Assembly: GCA_951406725.2 (NCBI GenBank)
Contig: OX597827.1
Span: forward strand, 53,692,001 to 53,756,000
DNA from: Octopus vulgaris
Lineage: Eukaryota
Length of the DNA: 64,000 nucleotides
Reading direction: 5' to 3'
Below, piece after piece: positions 53,985 through 64,000 of this stretch (the stretch's first letter is position 1; every line of letters begins with the position of its first letter). The position numbers were made by a program, and so were the translations under genes. The notes under the pieces are model-generated. The model saw only the letters and a list, made by a program, of their open reading frames with translations. It was not told the origin of the DNA and did not search any database.

Positions 53985-54420
53985 TGGCGACCAAAGGCGC
54001 ATGTGATTATGTGTTTACAACAATATATATATATATACACACACACACAGTTCATCGAACATCAAATGAAGAATCTATTTTGTTTCAATATAGAAATCTC
54101 TTGAAAAGATGCTCAAAAATTTTAATAGCAACGACCTCGTTTTTTTAAATACTCACCATATTTATAGCTATGTTCTCTTGATATACGTATGACTATGAGA
54201 TAAATAATCAATATTTTATGTTTATCATTTTTTTTATATACCATATTATCTTTACAGTCACACAATGGTTTACAAAAAACATTTTGCGTGGATTTAACGA
54301 AAGTAAAGTATGGTTCTTATTGGAAGCCCTCAGATTTCCTATCCTGAAAGTGCCTGGATAAGAACTCATACGACCACAAAACACAACCGTACATTTTGTA
54401 CAAGATCACTATGACGCTGA
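53985..54420 (+). repeat. Old segmental duplication, partial copy 2
   Basis: Aligns to 51490-51720 and 52155-52230. Confidence 0.75.
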
Positions 54421-54857
54421 CTTCATAGTGGTCTCCTTTTGTTACCATATTTCTGTTAATATACGCTACCTTTGTTTCAAGTGAAAATTTAGTAAAATAA
54501 CTTTAATACGCACAAACGTACAAACTCATATAAGTATGCATGTTCGCACTCCCAAACTCTCTGCCACTCTCCCCCTCTTTCTTTTTCTTTCTCTTTCTTT
54601 CTTTCTCAACATGTCTTTCACTTTCTTGTGCCAATCATAGGACTCCGACTATGTTGGGATAGCTCCTTGGGATCTAGTCGGTTTGGCTGCCAGCATCAAT
54701 TTCTGTTCAAATTGATTTCATATTCAGTGTAACGATACACTTTTATAGGCTAATGAATGACGTGAAAATCATTTTCACTATAAATCAATAAATAAAGAGT
54801 TATTAGTAATTAAAGTTTGAAAATTTTGGGTAATTTTAGCCAATCGTAAGCCACAAA

Positions 54858-55150
54858 CACAATGGCCCAGTGGTTAGGGCAGCGGACTCGCGGTCGGAGG
54901 ATCGCGGTTTCGATTCCCAGACCGGGCGTTGTGTGTGTTTATTGAGCGAAAACACCAAAAGCTCCACGAGGCTCCGGCAGGGGGTAGTGGCGACCCCTGT
55001 TGTACTCTTCCGCCCCTTCTTTCTCTCACTCTTTCTTCCTGTTTCTTGAGTAACGCTGCGATGAACTGGGGGAGGGGACACATACGCCATAGAAACCGGG
55101 AAACCGGGCCCATGAGCCTGGCTAGGCTTGAAAAGGGCGCATAAATAAAT
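54858..55150 (+). mobile_element. SINE with family C head and a different 3' tail
   Basis: First ~190 nt match family C, then GCGATGAACTGG...AGAAACCGGGAAACCGGGCCCATGAGCC...ATAAATAAAT. Confidence 0.85.
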
Positions 55151-55255
55151 AATATATATATATAGGGAGAGTTTACGAAAAAAAAACAAAGACGAAGGCA
55201 GGTGGTGTACAAGACAAACAGATGTATCTGTATAACACTCAGGAATATAAAAAGT

Positions 55256-55291
55256 CTTTTACGTTTCGAGCCTACGCTCTTCTACAGAAAG
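55256..55291 (-). ncRNA. Degenerate minimal hammerhead-like motif
   Basis: CTTT-CTGTAGA-A-GAGC/gtag/GCTC-GAAAC-GTA-AAAG: perfect stems I and II with one core mismatch. Confidence 0.55.
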
Positions 55292-55394
55292 GTACACAGA
55301 AAAAACAAGGAGAGAAACAAGGAGAGAAAAAAATGTGTGTAGTGGCTAACGATCTATCATATATATATGATATACACGCACGCACACAGAAAGT

Positions 55395-55439
<45 letters not shown>

Positions 55440-56159
55440 ATTTATATATTTTTCTTAATGAACAGTATCGATTGGCCAGATACTGCAGTATTCGTCCTCA
55501 GATAACGTCTCTTATGGACTTGCTATACCAGTAGCGGCCAGTGAAAGCACTAGGTTGTATTTCGGCGTTTGGGGTTCTTTTTATGGCGAGTATTCGTAGC
55601 CAACCAGTTACTCCAGACGAGAATTCGTTTTCTCTGATATAGACAAAAGTGAATTAAATATTCAAAGATGTTACGAATATCCACTTGGTTGATTAAAAAT
55701 TCCAGCACACGGAATTATGAGAATAGTTACTTAAAATAGCCACCTATATATCATGTTCAATGCATGCATATTGTAACTAGTTTAACGACAGTGTGTATAT
55801 ATTCATGCATGATACATAAATGGCTCTTTAAGTAATAAATATATATATACCGGCTATATATATATTTGTGTGTGTGTATGTGTATGTATTTTTATATGTA
55901 TGTATGTTTGTATGTATGCATGTAGGTGTATGTAAGCATGTATGTATGTACATGCATACATGTATACATACACACATTGCACGAACACACGCACACACAC
56001 ATATATATACATACACATATATATGCACGTGCGTGGGTTGGTAAATACGTATGGAGATGCGTGTACACGCATGCGCATTTGTTTGTGTGTATGCGTGTGT
56101 GTGTGCGTGTGTCCGTGCGCGTGCGAATATGTGTGTGTGCGCGCGTGTGTCTGTCTGTG

Positions 56160-56650
56160 TGAAATCGATTTAAGCTCTTTCGTCTTGTCTAAAATCTAAA
56201 AAAATTTTTAATGTTGTGATTATGACGTTATAATATCGATAACCGTTGCCCGTAGTTAGTTTGAAAAATATTCAGTCACCACTTTTCAACCTTTCGCATT
56301 GATTAGAGATTATGGTATGTACGGGTCAAGGTCTCACCCAAGAATCTAAAGACTAGTGTAAAGTCAGAGCCATATTCACTTTGTTTTTGCTGTTTGCGAG
56401 GTTGTTTTATGCACCTTTGAGTTATTAAACAACCTCTGTAACATGCTGGTTGGTACATCGTTAAAAATGTATCCAGTTGGCGTAGGAGTGGCTGTGTGGT
56501 AAGTAGATTGCTTACCAACCAATAGACATACATGGTTCCGGGTTCAGTCCCACTGCGTGGTACTTTGAGCAAGTGTCTTCTACTACAGCCTCAAGCCCAC
56601 CAAAGCCCTGTGGGTGGATTTGGTAGACGGAAACTGACAGAAGCCCGTCG

Positions 56651-56699
<49 letters not shown>

Positions 56700-57384
56700 T
56701 TGTGTGTCTGCGTTTGCCCCCCCCCCTCCACCCCCCTCCACCCCCCCTCCACCCCCCGACATCGCTTGACAACCGATACTGGTGTGTTTACGTAACTTAG
56801 CGGTTCGGCAAAAGAGACCGATAGAATAAAGTCCTGGGGTCGATTTGCTCGACTAAAGGCGGTGCTCCAGCATGGCCACAGTCAAATGACTGAAACAAAT
56901 AAAAAAAAGTAAAGAGTAAAAGAGTTGTATTCTGGGTCCGTATGAACTCTTAGACAAGTACTTTCAGATCGGAAATCCTGGGGCATCCAACCAGAAATAT
57001 ATACTTCACTCTCGATATTATTCACGCGGAACATTTTATTGTGAAACATTTTCATTGTGAAGAGAATAACGATAATCAGGATGGATACGAAATAATGATT
57101 ATTGAATGTATTGTCATATGTATGTCAAGATAATACAGCTATAAACATGGTGAGTATTTTAATAAAAATAGGTTTGTTATTAAAATGTTTCAGCGTCTTT
57201 TCAAGATATTCCTATGATAAAGCAAAAATTGATTCTTCATTAGATGTTCGATATCCAGCATATATATCTATTGTTGCAAACACATGACCACATACGCCTT
57301 CGGTTACAAGTATATATGTCTGGGCCTGTGTTTTTGCATGTTTGTATATTTATTGCAAACCGTATCTGTCGATCTTCTTCACTC

Positions 57385-57439
<55 letters not shown>

Positions 57440-57710
57440 CCCTCTGTTTCTGCGTTTCTCATTTTGTCTCTCTTTCTCTACCCTCCCAGACACGCGTTCT
57501 ATTTCTCCCTTTGTATATCTGTGTGTGCGCGCGTGTATGCGTGTGTGAGTATGTCTGCGTGTAGTTTGTAAGTAGTTGTGTGCATGTATGTGTATGCAAT
57601 AGACATACATTCGCACAAATCTTAAGTACACATAAAAATCTATGAATCTACGAGGTTTTATCTAGTTTGGATAGACTTAATAAGAGTAGAAGCTAAATTC
57701 TCCTTTAAAC
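56160..57710 (-). repeat. Old segmental duplication, copy 3 (inverted)
   Basis: Reverse complement aligns collinearly to 51200-53400. Confidence 0.8.
56479..56924 (+). mobile_element. SINE family A
   Basis: Complete copy with an expanded C-rich internal tract. Confidence 0.9.
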
Positions 57711-58969
57711 CACACGTTACACTCTTATCTTTATTTGTACAATTGATCCTCCCGGGAGATTCACAAGTTGGTAGAGAGATATGTTACAATTAACAGCCAA
57801 ATCTTCCTCAGACCGTCGAATACGTTTGTTGCAAGTAGCCATTTTGAAATAAGGCGCCAATTGGTGGTAGCTGGCAATATGACTTAATGTCGTATTGCCG
57901 AAGAATTATTATTATCGTTTTTTCCATTGGTTAATATAACTGCTCATATAAGGATTCTAAAAAGTTACATAAAGAATATATGTAATGGATTTCGATTCTT
58001 TTAAGTCAAGTTGAGCAGTTATAAAAACCCTGGATTTGGGGGGAAAACTTTAGTGTTTGCTGGGTGTAACTAAACTCCACGACACTCACTTCTTTGAGAC
58101 ATTGGTGATTTTCATGCCATGTCCAAAAGAAATCCGACAAGTCTTATTTGAATTGTTGTGATTCATTATTAGTTAGATTTATGAATTAGCTAGTGAAATA
58201 TATAGTTGTACTTCTACACGACGAAAATTATCTTTTCTTTCACATGTACATAATATAAAATGTTATATTTATATAATAAAACTAATTAAGAAAATGTTTT
58301 CTCTTCACGTTTTTCAACTGTGTATAAATAAATATGCATTTCTGTAATCATTAATAGCGGTTAAATGAACACGAAGATAATATTATGCATACATGACGCT
58401 AATATTCTTAGCGTTACATAAGTAGATTTCTCTATGGCGTTATATACTGTAGTTCGGATTTGCGTATAATGATAACATTTAAGTTATAAATGACGTTTTA
58501 ATCATTATATACACCCTTACTTAAAAAGCCAAATAAAATAATCTATTTCCCAATAGGAAACACAATAAATAGCATTACATTACTAGAGAATTTACTATAA
58601 TAATTACAAAACTAGAGAATTTACTATAATAATATAATAATATAACCTAAGAGAAAGCTCATGGTAGCCTAAAACCGCCTATACTTTCATTTTCATATGT
58701 GGTTACAGGAATCCCTCGCTTTACGAAAATAATAGTTCCTGAAAATCTGGTGGTAATGAAAAATTCCGTGATGCGAAATTGATATTACTCTTGATTTTCA
58801 TGTTATAAAGTGAGATTGCATTCCTACGGACTTTTTCAAAAAATATATATATAAACAAGAAAAAAAAAAAGGAAGCACAAGGAAACTACAGAGAACAAGC
58901 AACGCGATCAATTTATGTATGAAAATAACCTTTCCTAAACTTACGCAGTGTAATATAGATATATAAAAA

Positions 58970-59246
58970 GGCAGCGAGCTGGCAGAAACGTTAGCACGTC
59001 GGGCGAAATGCTTAGCGGTATTTCGTTTGCCGTTACGTTCTGAGTTCAAATTCCGCCGAGGTCGACTTTGTCTTTCATCCTTTCGGGGTCGATAAATTAC
59101 GTGCCAGTTACGCACTGGGGTCGATGTAATCGACATAGTCCCTTTGTATGTCCTTGTTTGTCCCCTCTATGTTTAGCCCCTTGTGGGCAATAAAGAAATA
59201 AGAAACGTTAACACGCCGGACGAAATGCTTTGAGGTATTTCGTCTG
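58970..59246 (+). mobile_element. SINE family B followed by a second partial B head
   Basis: Full copy to 59200, then AGAAACGTTAACACGCCGG...GGTATTTCGTCTG (59201-59246). Confidence 0.9.
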
Positions 59247-59434
59247 TGTGAGTTTGGATTTATTGGTAATTATTATTGGAGTGCGTCTGTATAGTAAGTG
59301 CAAGTTTTTATTGACTGTTTTTGTGACATTTCCAGTTATAATTATTGTTCTTGTTATAATTATTTGTGTGATAGTCTTCGTTCGAAAACTATCGTGTGTT
59401 TTCCCCTGTGGGGGAAACATTAATTGCTGGCAAG

Positions 59435-60809
59435 ATGTCGAAAAGTGTAAATTCGTCTGGCGAAGAGTCGTTAACCGACAGGAAGGCAACAAAGATAGAA
59501 AGTTTAATATTTGGCGATATTTCGGATTCTTCTGAAAGGGAATTTCACCAACCATCAATGTGTATTGTTGTAAAGAAGAATATTGACTTGAAAAGCCTTC
59601 AAACAGAAGAAAATAACCAAAAAAGAAGTTTTGCGTCGGCGGCTGGAGGTGGAACCTGCCAGCTGTCGACAGACAAAAATGACCTGATAAAGTACGAAGA
59701 TATGATAACAATTGAAGACGGTGTTGTGAAGGTTCAACCCCCGGAAGAACTATTAATGTTAGAAAAAATAAAAACAATTATTTTAAAATTTTACAGTCTA
59801 AAAGGAAAAAAAATTGTGCGAAGAGAAAGTTGAGAAATGCTTGAAACCCATCTGGCAGGATACCACATACCTAATCAGAGGGAAGAAGTTTGGTACTATC
59901 AAAGTACGACTAAAAGATATAGAAACTGCACAAATGCACTCAGTTAAATCTTTAGAAACGGAGGACGTTGTTTTAATTCCAGTATATATGGGAATGAGGA
60001 CGTCAAAGATACGTATACGAAAGGTTCCACCTCAAGTCGACCCTATGTGATTGATAATATAGGAAGATAATATAACAAAAAATATAAAAGAAAATATAAC
60101 ACAAAAAGTATAAAACGGAAGATAATATAACACTCATTCAGGCTACTGTCACAGAAAAGGCTTATTGGGCCGGTAAAACGGTTCACCTCCTAATACAAGC
60201 AGAACAGTCAATTTTGGAACAGTTACTGGAGAAAATAGAAATTGGGGAGGAATTCCTTAACGTATTCGTCGAGGGGCGTAAGCTCCGATGTTTCCAATGT
60301 GGCCAGCTGGGCTATATAAAAAAAACACTGTAGAGACGACGAGGAAGAATCCGATGGGGAGGAGGAGGAGGAGGAGGAGATAGGGAGAGAAACAGAAGAA
60401 AAGAAAGCAACTAACAACAAGAGAAAAATGGAAAGCTCAAATCAACCAAAACAGGTCGAACTAAGACCAAAAAAGGAATACTGCGAAAAGAGACAAACCA
60501 AAAATAGTAAGGAAGGAAGCAGAAGACAGAGGGATAGTCGCGTTATACAGCAAAAATGAAGATTTAATGAGAGAAATAAAAGCGAAAAGATCAGCCGCTA
60601 GGATTGCAGAACTTTCTGATAAATATAAGCACTATGAGTTCTACGAAATGGATGAAAAGACTCATAATGTATTACTTAACACGTATACTCGTAGAAAGTC
60701 GGTGTCGATGATGAGATTGGATTTAATCAATCCATTTTTCAAGACTTGCCACCTCCGAACCCTTCAAGAAAAGGTGGAGAGTCCCTTTCCGCAGGACACC
60801 CCGGATTAA
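59435..60809 (+). pseudogene. LINE ORF1 (nucleic-acid-binding, zinc knuckle), frameshifted
   Basis: ATG at 59435; RGKKFGTIKVRL motif; knuckle remnant CFQCGQLGYIKK.C near 60288-60332; acidic tract. Confidence 0.75.
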
Positions 60810-60811
60810 AT

Positions 60812-63800
60812 ATGCGTAAATGTTCATGGCCTGATGTCTAGCTGGAAGCAAGGGCGCTTCCTAAATGACATCAGGTCAAGAACATTGGTTGTAATTGTTG
60901 CAACGGAAACTCAGGTGAAGGAGCCAAGAGATCTGCTCCCCTTCCTGAACGGCTATGAGAAATACGTTTCTCTGAGTCGGGCGGGAGGTGTTGGTGGGGT
61001 TTTGGTTCTACTAAAAAGAAACCGGGTAGCCGAGAAAAAGTTGTTGGTTTTTTTCTGATCCAGAAGGCAGGTTGGTCGTTCTCGACCTGACATTCAATTG
61101 TGGCAAGATAATCAGGCTGGTTGCAATGTATGCACCCAATGTTATGGGCTCGGAAAGTGAATATTTTCGTGACCTGTGCAAGTTCCTGGCCACGTCGCAT
61201 TCGCTAGTATTGATAGGAGACTTTAATACAATCGATGACGCACACACAGATTGAGTTGGCTCGAACAGGAATAGAAAATGTAACCCTGGCTTACGGGATC
61301 TGCTAAGTCACTTTCAGCTGGCAGATCCATATAGGATAGAACACCCGAACACTCCACAGTGGACGTGGTCAAATAGTGACGGGTCTTCCATAACATATCT
61401 AGATAGGGTTTTAATTAGAAAAACAGATATGTCCATAGCCAAGTGTTCACAGTTTTATCTAGTCAGCTACAGTTGTCACAAGATGGTTACCTGTAAGCTG
61501 ACAGTAGATAAGTTGCAGACAGGGATCTGGCTACTGAAAACTCAATACGTCCCTTTTGGCGATTGAGGAGTACAAAAAGCAGATCGAGATGTTAATACAG
61601 AGGGCATTGACAGGTACCATCATTAATAACAAATGGTGGTACACCCTAAAAAGAGCCATAAAATATGAGTCTATTAGGTTTTGCATAAGTTAGATAAGAA
61701 TAAGAGATGGTCTAGTTAAGGAACTAGAAGAAGCCTGGAGGACTGGCAATGCGGACCAAGTGAAGGTGAAGAGACTGGAGCTGAACCAGCATCTTGAAAC
61801 CCAACACATGGGAAGTATTGCCAGAGCTAAGTTACGTGCGATGGGAAGTGAAGGAATTAAGGCTGCTGGATGGCCCCGAGTGGTGGAAGCTCGACAAGGA
61901 AATAGGTCTACTATTCGGTCTTTGACGAATCAAAATGGTGTCTTGGTAAACGAACCCGAGAAAATGTGTGAGGTACTTCGCCCAGCTGTTCGGGGGTGAT
62001 GGCGGTCCTGATGGTCCTCGAGGACTTTCTTGCCGAGCTGCGTGCCTCTCGGGGTCGGATACTGAGTCTTGCGAAGGGCCGATCACGCCTGTGGAGGTAA
62101 TGGAGGCTATGGCCGACTGTAAAGCGGGTAAGTCGCCGGGAATTGATGGTCTTCCGTACGAGCTGTATAAATGTATGCCAGACTTGTTCGGGCCCTACTG
62201 GATGATGTGCACGCGAACTGACAACAGAATGGGTTTATCCCCAGACCTGTGCGCCGAGGAGTAGTGACGTTGGTCAGAAAGGACCCGGACAAGAGGGACG
62301 TTTTAGATAACATCAGGCCCATCACTCTGTTAAACGCAGAAGTGAAGATTTAGGCCATGATCTTAGCAAAAAGGTTGGCGCGTGTCGCGAATTGTATAGT
62401 CGAGAAGGCACAGACATGTGCCATTGCAGACAGAACCATCCAGGATAATCTCTACCTTATTCACTATACCATAGAGAGGGTTGGTGATAAATCTGGCAAA
62501 GGTAGGGCATTGGTACATTTGGCCCAGTCTAAAGCTTTTGATAGGGTTGACCATCGATACCTGACGACTGTGCTTGCGCGGTTCGGCCTAGGTCTTGGCT
62601 TCCTCAGGTGGTTTATCACTTTGTATCACAAGATTGACTCGATAGTTCGGGTGAACGGTTTCCTTTCGAAGCCGTTCTGCATCAGGCGCTCGGTTCGTCA
62701 AGGATGTCCGCTCTCACCACTTTTGCATGTGGTGACTCTCGAAACCCTACTGCGAAGGTTGAGTGGCATCCCGAGAGAACTAGGTTTAGAGGAGTTTGTT
62801 ACAGCTTATGCGGACGATATCACTATCAGCGTAACCACACTAGCAAACCCACGTGAAGTGGGTAAAGCTATTGAGGTTTATGAGACGGTGGCAGGAGCAA
62901 AGATTAACCGGGAAAAGTCAGTCGGCTTGCAACTCGGCACCTGGGTTGGCAAGTTGATGCCTTCAGACAGTGTTGTTGGGCGCTGGACAGAGGGACCGGT
63001 TAACTTGCTGGGAGTCTGGTTTGGACCAGGCCTCCAGATAGAGAAGAAATGGACGGAGGTTTCGAACAGGGTGGCTGCAGTTGTCAAGACCTGGTATTGG
63101 CGGTGGCTATCCTTAAAAGGGAAGGAGGAGGTGGCCAATATGTTTATCGCATCGGTCATTACTTACCGCCTGACAGTCGTGCCCTTTCCGGATTCATGGT
63201 TGATCAAGTTGGAGAGACAGCTCTTTCGCTTTTTGTGGGAGGGCAGGTTGCGACTTGTGAAACGCTCCGTCTGTTGTCAAAAGCCGTTAAAGGGAGGTTT
63301 AGGGATACATTGGTTAATGATGCGCAGGCATGCGTTGAGGTTGAGATATCTCTGGATTCTCCTGGCTGGTGAACGGATGTGGTCTTCACTGGCCAAACAA
63401 AAGTTCCACGAGTTCAAAAATGTTTGCAAACAGGAAGCCTGGTGTTTTCGTAGACCGAGGTCGAGTGAATGACATAAAGAGTACCGTAAGGCCCTCCTGC
63501 TACTCCGGCGCTCGGGCAACGCCAGCGGTGGGGGCTCTACACGAATTTTAGATATTGGGTTGGTAGAGTCTGGATGTGACGATGGCCTGGAGGCGACTCT
63601 AGGTCTCGGGTTTATTCAACTGGATAGCCTGTTCCATTGTACATTCGGGTTGAGAACGTTGGACAACTTCCAAAAGTCTTTGACCTGGCGATGTTACAGA
63701 GGTGCCTTGCCCGTTTGGGATAAGACATGGTAAACGTCAGTCTCCGACCTGTCCAAGATGCGGGGGAGACAGGGAAACCGTCCCTCACGCTATTGTCCAG

Positions 63801-64000
63801 TGTCCGGAGATATCTGAAATGTGGGTTTAAGCTGAACACCTGTTGTCCGGCGAAGGAAGAGTACGGCTGTTGACTGAGTCAATTATAAAAATTGACCCAC
63901 CGGAAGTTTTAACAAGCGAAGGTAAGGATTATTTTCTCACGGTTGTAGCAATAGGGAAAGAGGCACTATGGAAGACTAGGATAAAAGGGATTGAGACAGA
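60812..64000 (+). pseudogene. LINE ORF2 (AP endonuclease and reverse transcriptase) with stops and frameshifts
   Basis: NVHGL..ATET, YAPN, LIGDFN, WTW..YLDRV, KSPGIDGLPYE, RPITLLN, KAFDRVDH, VRQGCPLSPLL, AYADD, GGLG and CPRCGGDRETVPHAIVQC. Confidence 0.95.

Larger units (their letters stand above)
59247..64000 (+). mobile_element. L1/Tx1-clade LINE, 5'-complete, decayed, running off the window
   Basis: 5'UTR, ORF1 with zinc knuckle, and ORF2 with APE, RT and C-terminal CCHC in the canonical order. Confidence 0.92.

Noticed and set aside
62357-63472. 371-aa RT ORF as a functional or domesticated gene
   Set aside because: The flanking ORF2 has many stops and frameshifts, and the first catalytic Asp region reads LAQSKAFD; it is a remnant of a dead LINE.

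Overview
AT-rich eukaryotic DNA made almost entirely of repeats. I found no host protein-coding exon, rRNA, tRNA gene or CRISPR array. The dense (TACA)n/(TA)n/(GATA)n/(CA)n microsatellites and several tRNA-derived SINE families suggest an octopus or other coleoid cephalopod intron or intergenic region; this is inferred and not confirmed by a search. Nearly all ORFs in the supplied track are translated microsatellites or SINEs. All real coding signal is decayed transposon sequence: an L1/Tx1-clade LINE (about 59247 to the window end) and an ORF1-only relative (10265-11690), a Penelope-like RT (7756-9900), RTE-like LINE pieces, a full-length dead mariner (33325-34579), a second mariner fragment, a hAT transposase relic, a Helitron helicase relic, non-autonomous Helitrons, and pogo-, hAT- and Merlin-like MITEs. 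The best candidate for an undescribed system is a self-targeting SINE/LINE pair. SINE family B shares its 3' tail with a LINE 3' end and forms head-to-tail arrays joined at its own internal GGTATTTCGTC site. The Tx1-like LINE begins directly after that same site. Other notable features are several minimal hammerhead-ribozyme-like motifs in Penelope-like islands, an old inverted segmental duplication with independent insertions at nearly the same position, and modular head/tail swapping among SINEs. Family names A-D are my working labels. Boundaries were read by eye and may be off by several bases.
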